From assembly GCF_009914755.1 (NCBI RefSeq), contig NC_060930.1: a stretch of DNA of 64,000 bases; one strand, 5' to 3'. Below the pieces are notes generated by a model. It did no database searches and was not told the DNA's origin. It saw only the letters and a program-made list of their open reading frames with translations. The translations under genes were made by a program, and so were the position numbers. Shown here in pieces: positions 43,230 to 57,122 of this stretch; within the stretch, counting starts at the first letter, position 1; each line of letters opens with the position of its first letter. Source of the DNA: the human T2T-CHM13v2.0 reference genome, Homo sapiens.

Positions 43230-44300
43230 TTTTAATTTCATTTCTGAATTAACATTCAGCAAAACTGCTATTTTTTGGTGTACAGTTCTATGAGTTTAAC
43301 ACATTTATAGATTCATGTAGCAACACTGTGGATACAGAACAGTTACATCACCCCCAGAACTCCGTTCACAGTCACACTCCCCGACCCAGCCCCGGCAGCT
43401 CTCCCTGTGGTTTGTCTTTTGCAGAGGAAATCCCGCAGCTGGCGGCACTTGGAGACCGGCTCCTCGCCGAGCCGACCGCGCGTGCGCGGCTCCCTCCTCG
43501 TCCGTGCTGAGCGCCGCGTGGGGTTCCGCGTGGAGGCGCCTGTGCCGCTGAAGCGTGTTTGGGTTGCTTCCAGGGTGGGATGGTTGTTGGATAGAGCTGT
43601 TTGTGCATTTGCGTTGTAGGTTTTTGTGTGAACATAAGCTTTTGTTTCTCTCGGGTACATACCCAGAAGTGCAATTGCTGAGTCATGTGGGAAGCGTGTG
43701 CCCAACTTTACAGGAAAACGCCACAGGCCGCCCCTTCGCTTTGCGCTCCCGCTAATCGGGAATGAGTGCCTGCTGCTCCGCGTTCTTGCGGGCACCCAGC
43801 ATTTTCCGTGCTTACATTTCAGCCATCCCGGAATGAATGAAAAGCGTTTCCTAGTGGCTGTAATTTGCATCTCCCTGGTGGCTGATGGAAGCTTATTTCC
43901 CATCCATATCCCTTGCTTGGTGACGCATCTGTTCAAGTCCTTCCCCGGTTTGTAACTGGATTATTTGGTGTTTTTACTGTTGGATTTTGAGAGTTCTTTA
44001 TGTATTCTAGATACAATTCCTTTGCCAGATATGAGATTCACAAATATTTTCTCCAACTCTATGTCTTGTGTTTTCATTCTCTCAACAGTGACTTTTGCAG
44101 CATTCATAGGGATTTTATGTTTTCTTCTCAAAGTTTTATAAACCACTATATTTAAAATTTTAATTTAAAAACTATAAACCTATTATAGTTTTTAAATTAA
44201 ACTGTAAACCTCTTATATAGATTTTCTGTTTAAACTTATGATTCCTTTTAAGTTAATTATTATGTAAGTTGTGAGGGTTGGGTCAAGGCATTCCTTTGCT
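43230..44300 (-). mobile_element. Old L1 (L1MC-like) 3' end and ORF2 C-terminus
   Basis: GGTGTACAGTTCTATGAGTTT; TTGTGTGAACATAAGCTTTTGTTTCTCTCGGGTACATACCCAGAAGTG; minus-strand HDSAIALLGMYPRETKAYVHTKT and EKIFVNLISGKGIVSRIHKELSK are L1 ORF2-like. Confidence 0.85.
43370..43830. promoter_or_regulatory. CpG-rich patch within L1 with NRF1-like (GCGCGTGCGC, 43478-43487) and AP-1 (TGAGTCA, 43679-43685) motifs
   Basis: Motifs and CpG density read directly; regulatory activity is inferred. Confidence 0.5.
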
Positions 44301-44563
44301 TAAAATCCCCAGCTTTTCATTTCTCTCAGACAGAAGTCTTGACCTGCAGGGTCAGGCTCCCCTGCTCTCTGAGCTCGCCCTCCCCACGCAGCGCTAGCCC
44401 CTGGACTATTCTCACCACTCAGGCCTTGGCCTCCATACCCGCTTGGCACCCACCAAAGGGTCCGGGGACCCCTCCACAGGGCAGCGTTCTGTCTGTGAGG
44501 TGAAGCGGGAGCAGAGGGCCAGGCAGAGCCAGGCTGGGACCCAATCTCTGCTTCAGGCTGGTC

Positions 44564-44864
<301 letters not shown>

Positions 44865-45542
44865 AGGCTGGTCTTTTTTGCCAGAGTTAGTGTTGTATTG
44901 AGGGACATGGAGGGAGAAAAGGGGGTCAGTTAGGGGCAAGTTTACTTGTGCAGGTAACCAGGGTGAGGGCTCGAGGGGAGAAGAGAGATAAGGAGGGCAG
45001 AGCTCAGCCAAGTTGGCCTGATGACATGACCAGAATGTGATCACTAGATCCCCTGCCTGGAGGCCCAAGTGTGGCCCCAGGTCTGGATAGTTGCAGCCAC
45101 TGTGGGGAAGCTTCAGTTTGGGAGCCACAGAAACCAAGAATATTGTCTGGGAAGCTGATGTGCAGAGAGGAGAATGGAGCGGATGGAGGTGCGGTGGGTG
45201 AGAGAGACAAAGAGACAGAGAGGAGAGTAAAAGCCTGTTGCTGGCTCCACTATGTTGGGCTTGTCAGCCCAGCTTCTTCTTGTCCCATCCATAAAATGGG
45301 CTGGTGTCGCCCATCCTGGTTAGGAGGCACAAGGAAGTATTGCGCTGTGTGCTCGGCCCAGCTGACTCAGCAGCTCTCCAACCTTGGGGACTCTCCAGAC
45401 AGGTGTGTGCAGGTGAGGTGCTGGACCAAGGAAGGGCAGGTGGAGGACATGGCCGAGGGGAGCTCTGTGAGCTGAGCTGCCTGCTTCGAGGGTGCCCTTG
45501 AGGCCCAGGACTGACCCATGGAGGGAGAGGCTTCCTTCCTTC

Positions 45543-46162
45543 TGTTGGGGCTCAGAAAACAACGCCCCAAAATGAAGTCCTCAGCAGCAGCCTCAGAAGC
45601 AAAAGTTGTCTCTGACCTTCTCCTGCCCTCCTGTCTCTCAGTCTCATTCTCCCCGAAGGCGCTGTAGAAACCAGACTCTCTTTTTCCCCAAGGCCGGTCA
45701 CAGAAATCAGAACCCCTTCTCCCCAAAGCTGGTCAGAAAACCTAAAAATATTACTCAGTGTTCCGTCTACCTTTCTATATAAGAGCTGACTAGAGAGAAA
45801 TGATCCAACATCCCTTGTTTGACTGTAGGTCATGAGACTGTCATTCCAGAGAGGGCCCTGCCCCACGTCCAGAGAAGAAAATGCTCAGAGACGAAGACAA
45901 ATCTAGACAGACCTTGCTGGGTTCCCACTCAGTCTATTCACATTAGATCAAGCCCTTTGTGTCCAATCCTTTTTTTAGAGGACTGTTCATACGTTATTAA
46001 ACCTAAACATAAAAATGGACAATTTCCCCCATCGTTGGGTCTTCGTTCTAAAGGTTCTTATATGTACACATCACATAAATTTGCATACCGTTTCTCCTAT
46101 TAATCCATCTGTCTCATGTCAGTGACTTCTCAGCAAACCTTTAGGGGCCAAGGGGCCCCACG
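45543..46162 (+). mobile_element. ERV1 solo LTR (MER65/LTR54-like; subfamily uncertain)
   Basis: TGTTGGGGCTCAGAAAACAACGCCCCAAAATGAAG...CAGCAAACCTTTAGGGGCCAAGGGGCCCCAC. Confidence 0.7.
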
Positions 46163-46619
46163 CTCTCCAGCGGCAGGCACAATGGGCCTGGGGTGCAGTT
46201 GTGGACACTCGGACCCTCCTTGGATCTGGTTTAGCTGTGCTGTGTGCTTGTGGGAATGGATTGCCATGATTTCTGGGCTCTAATAAATTGTGCTTCAATC
46301 GACTCTTGAGGAGTTAATGAGAGGCCTCACTTCAGACCATAAACACCCTCCCTGTGTGGGATAGAAACACACATCGTCACAGCCAGGAGGTCAGTCGGGT
46401 GAGGGTCTGCTTTGCTTACAAGGTCCAGAAACCCAGCAGAAAACCCTCGAGGCCACATCAGTGAAGAGTAACTTATTTCAGCAACATTTCCATGTGTGAC
46501 ACAAGACACACATTTCCTGCATCCACCTTTAAAGTCAAGAAGTTGAAGCTGAATAAAGCCAGCAGGCAGCGAAAATCACCTGCACTCAGTTCAGTTGTGG
46601 CAGGAAAGGGAAAGAGCCA

Positions 46620-46850
46620 TGAAGAAAGGAGAGGGGGATGGAGAGGGAGAAAGGAGAGGGGGATGGAGAGGAGAAAGGAGAGGGGGGTGGAGAGGGAGAA
46701 AGGAGAGGGGGATAGAGAGGAGAAAGGAGAGGGGGCTAGAGAGGAGAAAGGAGAGGGAGATGGAGAGGGGGATGGAGAGGGGGATGGAGAGGAGAAAGGA
46801 GACGGGGATGGAGGGGGGATGGAGAGAAGAAAGGAGAGGAGGGTGGAGAG
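46620..46850. repeat. Polypurine GA-rich repeat (~25-bp unit GAGAAAGGAGAGGGGGATGGAGAGG)
   Basis: Direct read. Confidence 0.9.
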
Positions 46851-47863
46851 CGACAGCTGCAGAGGGAGGCAGGGAGGCTGGCTGGGCGTGGACAGCTGCA
46901 GAGGGAGGCAGGGGAGGCCGGCTGGGCATGGACGCTGCAGAGGGGACACAGCCACTCTGGCAACAGCAGCCAGTGGCGGATCTGCCTGGAATGCTTTCCC
47001 TTCTGTCCAGGATGGGCCTGTCTCTGCAGACAGGGGCCCTCCCCTTCCTGGCCTGGCTGTGCACAGCCTATGTGCATGGTGGAAGCTCTGCAGAGGCCGT
47101 TCTGCTCCAGAGTGGGGCATAGCCTCGGGCGAGGTTCACAGCTTGGGGGGCTGGTCCTGCCCTGTCCCACATGTGGCTGTGTGGGCAGCATGGATCTTCT
47201 TCCGCGGTGACCCTGTGTGCCCACCCCCCCCAACTTATGCCTGCTTCCCAAGGCCATGGGCCTCACCCTCAGACTTCACTTTTGTGTATATGGAAAGACA
47301 CAATTATCGGGACAGAAACAGATCAGTATTTGCCAGTGGGTGAGTGAGGGGAGAGGAGTTTACTACTGAGGGGCCGAACTGGGGCCATTTTTGAGGGATG
47401 AAAGTCTTCTGTGTGGCTCTACAGAGCTGGGTACGTGATGCTGTGTTTGTCAAACCCCACAGGACTGGACCTCACTGTGGGAACAACAAGATCAACAAGA
47501 GGAGCAAGAACAACATCAAGAGTCAGAGCCCGGGGGTCCTGACGGGTACAGGATGGGTACAGACCCACACAGGAATCCCAGAGTGTGTTCCACAGCAGGA
47601 CACGCCTGCGCTGAAAGAGTGGGCAGAAAGGAGCTGACCTGGGTAAGTCCAAAAACAGTGTTTTGATTAGATTCTGGAAAGAATCAAATAACTCTGCATA
47701 TCTAAGCACTAAACTCCAATTGGTAAAATTGTTTCCCACAGCAATACATGTTAGCAACTTTGAAACTACTTTTATATATACTAAGGTTTCACAAATAAGT
47801 CAATACAGTAGTAAGAGTCAGGGTTCTCACAGCTGGATAAGGAAGTCATGGAAAAGCCAGCGG

Positions 47864-48934
47864 GGACCCTGAGGTCCATATATAATATATATTATACATA
47901 TATACAGATCAGAATGGACCCTAAGGTGGTCGGTTATAGACAGATATGCCAGCAGGAACTCATGTTTACATGATACATATATACAGATCAGAATGGACCC
48001 TGAGGACCATATATAATATATATTATACATATATACAGATCAGAATGGACCCTGAGGTGGTCGGTTATAGACAGATATGCCAGCAGGAACTCATGTTTAC
48101 ATGATACATATATACAGATCAGAATGGACCCTGAGGTCCATATATAATATATATTATACATATATGCAGATCAGAATGGACCCTGAGGTCCATATATAAT
48201 ATATATTATACATATATACAGATCAGAATGGACCCTGAGGTGGTCAGTTATAGTCAGATATGCCAGCAGGAACTCGTGTTTACATGATACATATATACAG
48301 ATCAGAATGGACCCTGAGGTGGTCGGTTACAGTCAGATATGCCAGCAGGAACTCGTGTTTACATGATACTTATATACAGATCGGAATGGACCCTGAGGTG
48401 GTCAGTTATAGTCAGATATGCCAGTAGGAACTCGTGTTTACATGATACATACATACAGATCAGAATGGACCCTGAGGTGGTCAGTTATAGTCAGATATGC
48501 CAGTAGGAACTCATGTTTACATGATACATATATACAGATCAGAATGGACCCTGAGGTGGTCGGTTATAGTCAGATATGCCAGCAGGAACTCGTGTTTACA
48601 TGATACATATATACAGATCAGAATGGACCCTGAGGTGGTCGGTTACAGTCAGATATGCCAGCAGGAACTCGTGTTTACATGATACTTATATACAGATCGG
48701 AATGAACCCTGAGGTGGTCAGTTATAGTCAGATATGCCAGTAGGAAATCATGTTTACATGATACATATATACAGATCAGAATGGACCCTGAGGTGGTCGG
48801 TTACAGTCAGATATGCCAGTAGGAAGTTGTGTTTACATGATACATATATACAGATCAGAATGGACCCTGAGGTGGTCAGTTATAGTCAGATATGCCAGCA
48901 GGAACTCATGTTTACATAATACATATATACAGAT
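47864..48934. repeat. Composite minisatellite: 79-bp (L, x11) and 52-bp (S, x4) units, order S-L-S-L-S-S-L9
   Basis: AGAATGGACCC starts at 47911, 47990, 48042, 48121, 48173, 48225, then every 79 bp to 48857. Confidence 0.95.
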
Positions 48935-49404
48935 AGGTTAAATATATACACACACACGTGCGTGTGCATACATGGCTTAGCACACACATCTGTAGATCCT
49001 GGGTTTGTCCTTTGAGAGGGGACACCCCAGTAGCAGCAAGCACATTCCATGCCCAGATGTTAGTTTCTAAATTTCATCTTCAATAAAAGGAGCCAAGTCT
49101 CCCTGGAGAAATGGCTGATAATTGGGATGTGGGAGAGAAAATACAAGATGAACCTGGAGCATCTTGTAGTCCCAGGAAGTAAGAAAATGCTCAAAAATAA
49201 AATTTTTAAAAAGCTGTGGGCATTTCAAAAGGGCATGGAACCCAAAATGTAAGAGCTCCCAGTGGCCACAGCTACAATGATTTGAGTGCACACACACTCA
49301 CACAGACATACACACACACACACACACAAATCGGATTATGCCCCAAAGAATAAAATGAATGTCCATGGATTCGTAAGCATATAAATAAATTATTGAATAA
49401 ATTA

Positions 49405-49985
<581 letters not shown>

Positions 49986-50540
49986 GAAAATCACCATCAG
50001 TGCTGCAGGCAAGCTCCCCTGAGGAATGCTAAAATTCCTGTGCAAAGTTTAAGGAGAAAGAAGATATTTGTATACTGTCAAAGTGTCTCCCCTAAATGTT
50101 CAGTAATTACCGCGGTGCCCAAATTCTTTGATGCTCCTTCCTGTAGGAGTTGGAGCTCATGCTGGACTTCATGACTCACTCTTAACCAGCAGGACATGGA
50201 GAGGAAAACAGTCACTCTCCCGTGGGGAGACCTGGCAGGCCTCACCTTGGCCGTGTGATCAAGGTCCAGACCACCAGTGATGAGGCATGTTGACATCGTG
50301 GCCCCTGAGAGCACGTGATGAGAAGAGCGCTCCACCTCCGCCGTGTTCTTCCGCAAACGCACAGTTCCAATGTAATCAGAGAGAACATCACACACACACC
50401 AATTGAGGGGCGTCTTGCAGAATACCTGAGCAGCACTCTGCAAAGCTGTCAAGGCGGTGAAACGAAGACAGGCCAGGAAAGGGTCACAGGTGCAGGGGAC
50501 TAAGGAGGCGTGAGGGCCAGTGCAGCCTGGGGTCCTGGAC

Positions 50541-51385
50541 GTGAGCTGCCGAGACGGCACCCGCGTGAGTGTCGCAGTTTCCACACCGTGAGCTGCCGAG
50601 ACGGCACCCGCGTGAGTGCCGCAGTTTCCACACCGTGAGCTGCTGAGACGGCACCCGCGTGAGTGTCGCAGTTTCCACACCGTGAGCTGCTGAGACGGCA
50701 CCCGCGTGAGTGTCGCAGTTTCCACACCGTGAGCTGCTGAGACGGCACCCGCGTGAGTGTCGCAGTTTCCACACCGTGAGCTGCTGAGACGGCACCCGCG
50801 TGAGTGTCGCAGTTTCCACACCGTGAGCTGCTGAGACGGCACCCGCGTGAGTGTCGCAGTTTCCACACCGTGAGCTGCTGAGACGGCACCCGCGTGAGTG
50901 TCGCAGTTTCCACACCGTGAGCTGCTGAGACGGCACCCGCGTGAGTGTCGCAGTTTCCACACCGTGAGCTGCTGAGACGGCACCCGCGTGAGTGTCGCAG
51001 TTTCCACACCGTGAGCTGCTGAGACGGCACCCGCGTGAGTGTCGCAGTTTCCACACCGTGAGCTGCTGAGACGGCACCCGCGTGAGTGTCGCAGTTTCCA
51101 CACCGTGAGCTGCTGAGACGGCACCCGCGTGAGTGTCGCAGTTTCCACACCGTGAGCTGCTGAGATGGCACCCGCGTGAGTGTCGCAGTTTCTACACCGT
51201 GAGCTGCTGAGATGGCACCCATGTGAGTGTCGCAGTTTCTACACCGTGAGCTGCTGAGATGGCACCCATGTGAGTGTCGCAGTTTCCACACCGTGAGCTG
51301 CTGAGATGGCACCCATGTGAGTGTCGCAGTTTCTACACCGTGAGCTGCTGAGATGGCACCCATGTGAGTGTCGCAGTTTCCACAC
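50541..51385. repeat. CpG-rich minisatellite, 47-bp unit x18
   Basis: Unit GTGAGCTGCTGAGACGGCACCCGCGTGAGTGTCGCAGTTTCCACACC. Confidence 0.97.
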
Positions 51386-51524
51386 GTGCCTCATTGCTGT
51401 GTAAGATGCTCAAGTGAGAGGAAGCTGGTGAACGGGTCTGTGGGAAGTTGCTGTACTGTCTTTGCAACTCTTCTGGACATCTTTTTTTTTTTTTTTAAAT
51501 AAAACATTTTTAACGTGAAAATAT

Positions 51525-51847
<323 letters not shown>

Positions 51848-51967
51848 TCAAGCTACTTATAACAAACAAAATTGAGAATGAAGGTAAATTAAAAATAATT
51901 TATAGTCTTTAAAAAGCAGGAACTACAAAATTTACATTTCTGAAAATGGCAGAAAAATCCCACATGG

Positions 51968-53010
51968 CTGTATATGTATGTGTGAGATTGTGTATGAATG
52001 AGCGCATGCATATATTTTTGTGTGTTTGGATTATATGTGTGACGGTGTGCATGAGTGTGTATATGATTTGGGGGTATGTGTGAGTGTGACTGTGTGTATG
52101 AGTGTGTATGATTTGTGTGTGAGTGTGTACATGTATACACTAGTGTGCGTATGATTTGGGGGTATGAATGTGAATGTGTACATATGTATTTATGATCTGA
52201 GTGTGTATGAGTGTGAATGTGAACATGTGTGTGTGAGTGGGTATATGATTTGGTTGTGTGCAAGTATGAATATGTATTGTGTGCATTAATGTGTATATTT
52301 TGGGCTGTGTATGAGTGAATGTGAACATGTGTGCACGAGTGTATATATGATCTGGGTGTGTATGAGTGAGCATGAGTGAACATGTGTGCATGAATGTGAG
52401 TATGATTTGGGTGTGTATGAGTGTGAATGTGTGCACGAGTGTATATATGATCTGGGTGTGTATGAGTGAGCATGAATGTGAACATGTGTGCATGAATATA
52501 TGATATGGGTGTGTATGAGTGTGAATGTGTGCACGAGTGTACAATCGGTGTGTATGAGTGAGCATGAATGTGAACATGTGTGCACGAGTGTATATATGAT
52601 CTGGGTGTGTAGGAGTGAGCATGAATGTGTATGCACAAGTGTGTGTATGTGTGTATGATCTGGGTGTGTAGGAGTGTGAATACGAACACGTATGCGCAAG
52701 TATGTATATGATCTGTGTATGTATGAGTGAGTGTGAATGTGTGCATAAGTGTGTGTATGATCTGGGTATGAGTGATTGTGAATGTGAGCATGTGTGCACG
52801 AGTGTGTATATGATCTGGGTGTGTGGGAGTGAGCATGAATGTGTATGCACAAGTGTGTGTATGTGTGTATGATCTGGGTGTGTAGGAGTGTGAATATGAA
52901 CACGTGTGCACAAATGTGTATATGATCCGAGTGTGTAGGAGTGAGTGTGAATGTGAACATGTTTGCACGTGTGTATATGATATGGGTGCATGTGTGGGTG
53001 TGTTTGTGCA
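51968..53010. repeat. Degenerate TG-rich repeat with recurring TATGATCTGGGTGTGTA motif
   Basis: Direct read. Confidence 0.9.
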
Positions 53011-53555
53011 GGTGCACTGGGAGCTTTCAGCCTTGAGTCTGTGTGGCATCCAGGCTTTTCTGGATGATGTAGAATCAAACCCCATAATTAATTCCAGTAA
53101 CTTAGAAATTTTCACTTATGAATACTAAATTCTCCTCACCTAGCAACTGACTGAGCAGGTTGAACAGCACCCTTCGCCGTTCTCCTGCAGAACCCCGTGG
53201 AATGGCCCTGCTTTCTCAGAGTGCTCCTAGCGGTGATGAGGGAGCCCAGCTCATTGCGGTTCGTGCAGAAGGCTGTGTGCCATCTCCGGGACTGCACGGA
53301 GAGGCGGAGGCTCAGGCGTGGGATCTGAGCTCAGTGGGCCCTTTAAGGACCGCTGCCTCCTTTCCTCCCTTTGGCATTCAGCATCGACTTACGATGGCTC
53401 CCAGTCACAGTCCTTGTCACTGCCTGGCATTACACAGGGCCACAGTCCCTTAACTGAAACACTTGGGACCAGTTGCATTTTGGAATTCGGAATGTTTCTT
53501 GATTTCAGAGAGAGAAGAGGGGATGGACTGTTGGGCAGCCCTGATTAACCCTGCA

Positions 53556-53698
53556 GCGTCTTGGCTCTAGAGGGGCCTACACGGCTGGGAGCGTCTCGGC
53601 TCTAGAGAGGGGCCTGCACTGCCGGGAGCATCTCAGCTCTAGAGAGGGGCCTGCACTGCTGGGAAGCCTACACGGCTGGGAGCGTCTCGGCTCTAGAG
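53556..53698. repeat. ~35-37-bp tandem repeat, ~4 copies
   Basis: GCGTCTCGGCTCTAGAGAGGGGCCTGCAC variants. Confidence 0.8.
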
Positions 53699-53963
53699 CC
53701 ACAGCTGATGCATGGCAACGATGAGCTCTCCTGCTTAGTGCTGATGTGCCTCAGCCCCTAACCCCACTGGTGTCCAGATGAGGAACTTGAGGCTCAGAGA
53801 AGCTAGGTCAAGGTGAACACCAGTGTTGAGTTTCAGCCCCAGGTCTACCTGATGCTGCCTCCACATTGACTGAGTTGGCCTGGTCCATTGTGAGGTCAGG
53901 TAGAGCCAGGGCCGAGGTGGGGATGCCAAGGTCCCATGCCGCAAAGACGGGTGGGACGGCACA

Positions 53964-54432
53964 GGAGCCAGTCATCATCCCCAAAGACACAGCTCCGAAT
54001 ACCTCATCCTGAAATCCCAAAGATCAAAATCCCAAAAGTATAAATCTGGAAAAAATAATGTCGATGTTATTTATTTACATTTTTAAAAGGTATGTATTTG
54101 AGAAACATAAAAACACAACAGAACATTTCATAGGCCACTTTACACAATAAAATAGGCAATGATAACAGGTATTTTTGCATAAACACTGAGGTAACTAACG
54201 ACGGCGGCATGGGTGTAGCAGTTATAAGAAGACAGACCATAAAGAAATAAGTCAAAAGAGAAACGTGTACACGTATATCGCTACGGTTACTAATTGTGTG
54301 CACCTAGCCCTGTAGCTGTGGTCATCTGAAATATCAGGGATTTTAGACTTGAGGGATTTTGATCTTTAGGGATTTCAACATTCCACATTATGGTGCTTGG
54401 GATTGTGTCTTTCAGGATTATGATCCAAACTC
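53964..54432. mobile_element. Internally deleted Ricksha-like (MULE/MuDR) DNA transposon with both long TIRs
   Basis: Left AAAGACACA...GAAATCCCAAAGATCAAAATCCC is the reverse complement of right GGGATTTTGATCTTTAGGGATTTC...TGTGTCTTT...ATTATGATCCAAAC. Confidence 0.75.
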
Positions 54433-57009
54433 AGCTGGGCCTCCCCTCCCTGCCCCAGGATTGTGGAGTGAGAACGTTGCAGCAGGAGAGAACAACGCAG
54501 CAAAGCACAGCAGGGGAACCGGAAATGCTCACCTTTTGACAGGGTACTTTTAGTTCTGGGGCCTTATCTTAAGGATATTCCAACATATACAAAAAGATTC
54601 ATGCACAGAGATATTTACTTTAGTATTATTTACCATAGGAAAAAAGTTGGAAACAATACATTTTATGTTCTGTAAAATGAAAGAACAGTTAAATAAATCA
54701 TGGCTCTAAGACGACTCCAGGGCTGTGTACGGAAGTTCAGGGACAGAATCAGTTGAGGCTATTCCACCTGAGCCTAAGCTTCCTCTGCTGTATGTCGGGA
54801 ATCAGGTGGGGGCCAAGCGAGATCACCACAGTGCAGGCCAGTGTGCAGGGCACAGGTGGGCGCCAGGGAGGGGACGCCGCACAGCCCCATGCTCTCGCCA
54901 AAAACGTGCAGCACAATTTGGAAGAAAACATTTCCATCTGTTAATAAAGAACAACGGCCTCTGGTCATAAGTGACACATGACCCTTTGCCTGAGTCTTTT
55001 TAAATTTTTCCATATGTTCCATATTTTCTACACCAAATGTAAGCTACTTTCATAATCACAAAAACTTAATGGAAAGAGGAGGAGGAGGACGGGGGTGGGG
55101 AGTAGTAGCCATGGGTTCGAGCCCTTCCTCTCTGCATGACTTGGATAACACTGTATATTCACACAGCTATTTCCCCATCTATGAACTTCTGAGGTGCTTT
55201 TATTAGTTGATGTCTGGGACCCCTAGGAGCTCTCTTTATACCTCATGATATCAAATGCCCACCTTTCCAGCTCCTCTTGGCCTCCTGCCCTTCCTGGAGG
55301 GAGATGCGCTCCCTGGAGCTGCTGACTAGGTGGAAGCAGACTGGCTCCTTCAGTGGGTAGGCCAGCCTGCCTGTCTCCCTAGCCCAGTCCCACCGTGCTG
55401 GCCTCAGTGGTGGAGGCAGGCATGGAGCCTTGGAGGAACCACTCCTCCCCAGCCGCCACCAACATTTGTGGCACCGAGAAGCACCCGTGCTATTCCGGAC
55501 AGGGATGGGGTTGGACACCCATGCATAGGGGACCCTACACTCCTAGGCTTTGCTCTGGGCTAAACAGCAGGTGTGGATTTGGGCCTAGGCCTCGGAGAAG
55601 CCATCAGCTAGGGCAGAATTCCCATGTGGGCAGGATTTTATTTAGGAATTCCAGGGCTTTCTGTATTCCAGATTTCCTGTATTGTGCATATGTGCGTGCA
55701 TGTATGTGCCCTCAGCCATGATGTAAAGTGTTTTTCTGGCTGGGGTTGCATCACAGAGTTTGGAAGCCACTGCTCTGCAGATTCTGAGGACCACCTCCCT
55801 TATTTCTCACCAAATTCCCATTTCTTCTGTTTTTGTTCCACCCAATGCAAAAAGCATACTGCCTTCTCTTCTGCATTGGTGGGCAGCGGGTCCTGCAGCT
55901 CAGGTTTCTCCAGCCAGGGCCCTGAACGTGAGCCTGGTGGCGTGGGCAGGGGGCTGACTCCATGTGGGCCAAAGGCAACCTATCCAGCTCTTCAGAATGG
56001 CTTTTCTCTCCTCCCTATAAAACATATTTTCTCTCCTCCCTATAAAGCCTATTTTTGTATTAGGGTGCTTGTTAAAATGAAAACATGAGATCATTGATGC
56101 ATAACGAGAAGCCGTGTCATTACTTCCCAGGCCCTGTGCAAGGTGCAAATTGGCGTGTTAGTGGCTGTTTGCATCTTTTCAGTTCCTTTCGTCTTTTCTC
56201 CTTATCCTGCCCTTTATATGGTTTCTGCTTTAAGTCAAACATTGTGAGTGGATTGATGGACATATGTGTGTGTGAGCGTGTGTGCACAGATGCATGAGAA
56301 CTGCAGAGAGAGATGGGAGGTAACCAGGGGGATCACTGTTCTCTTCTTCCCAAACATTAGCGTTAGGCTGTTCCGCTTCTGTTCTTGAGAGGGCACCCAC
56401 ATTACTGCTTGGGAGCCTGGAAATGGCCCCACTGAAGCAGCTCTGAGGCCCTGGACACCCTTTTCCTGGTTGTGGCCAGCTGAGTTGTGCATGGTCCTCC
56501 CCGTGGGATGTGCTTGGAGCATCTGCTGGTAGCAGAGCCTCAGTTCCTCTCCTGCGTTCTTTCGCTACAGGTGTTAGACCTGCTGCCCACCTGTGACCTG
56601 TTTACTGCCAGGGATAGACCTGTGGCCAGTGTGGAAAGCGAGATGCTTTGTCCATACAGCCTGCGGGGCTCAGCCTTCCCGGGGTTGCCCACAGCTAGGC
56701 TGGGCCAGGACCCCCAAGCCTGGGAACTTACACCTTTCTCACCTGCTTTCCTAAAGGTGGTTTTCCTTTGTGATCTCTCTCCCTGAACGGCTAAACCACA
56801 CTCTGAATAGAAAACTGTCTTGAAAACTGCTTTGCACGTACATCTGATAAGGTCCTCTGGAGGGCGACCTCCACTGTCTAGTGGGCGAGGATTGTTCAGC
56901 CGTCTTGGCTGAGTCACCGAGCTGCCAAGGGCAGACTGTACCCTGGGCTCACCAGCATGCAAAGATATTTTATTCATTTATTTATTCCATAAATATATAT
57001 TTATATTAT

Positions 57010-57122
57010 TTATATTTAGAGCCAGTGTATCTCTCTGTCGCTCAGGCTGGAGTGCAGTGGCACTATCTCACTGCAGCCTCAAGCTCCCGGGCTCAAGGAA
57101 TCCTCCTACTTTGTCCTCCCAA
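57010..57122 (-). mobile_element. AluJ fragment
   Basis: CTCAGGCTGGAGTGCAGTGG...CACTGCAGCCTCAAGCTCCCGGGCTCAAG. Confidence 0.75.

Noticed and set aside
43343-44146. L1 ORF2-like peptides as a functional gene
   Set aside because: Short, frameshifted remnants of an old L1
46473-47343. Gly/Glu- or Pro/Ser-rich ORFs
   Set aside because: Polypurine repeat artefact
50078-51363. 200-356 aa minus-strand ORFs
   Set aside because: Translation of the 47-bp VNTR; all three frames give the same cyclic peptide
51889-53115. 408-aa and other His/Thr/Tyr-rich ORFs
   Set aside because: Reverse complement of TG-rich low-complexity sequence
53556-53698. CTCTAGAGGGGCC as a second CTCF array
   Set aside because: Lacks the conserved CC and terminal GGCG positions; weak match
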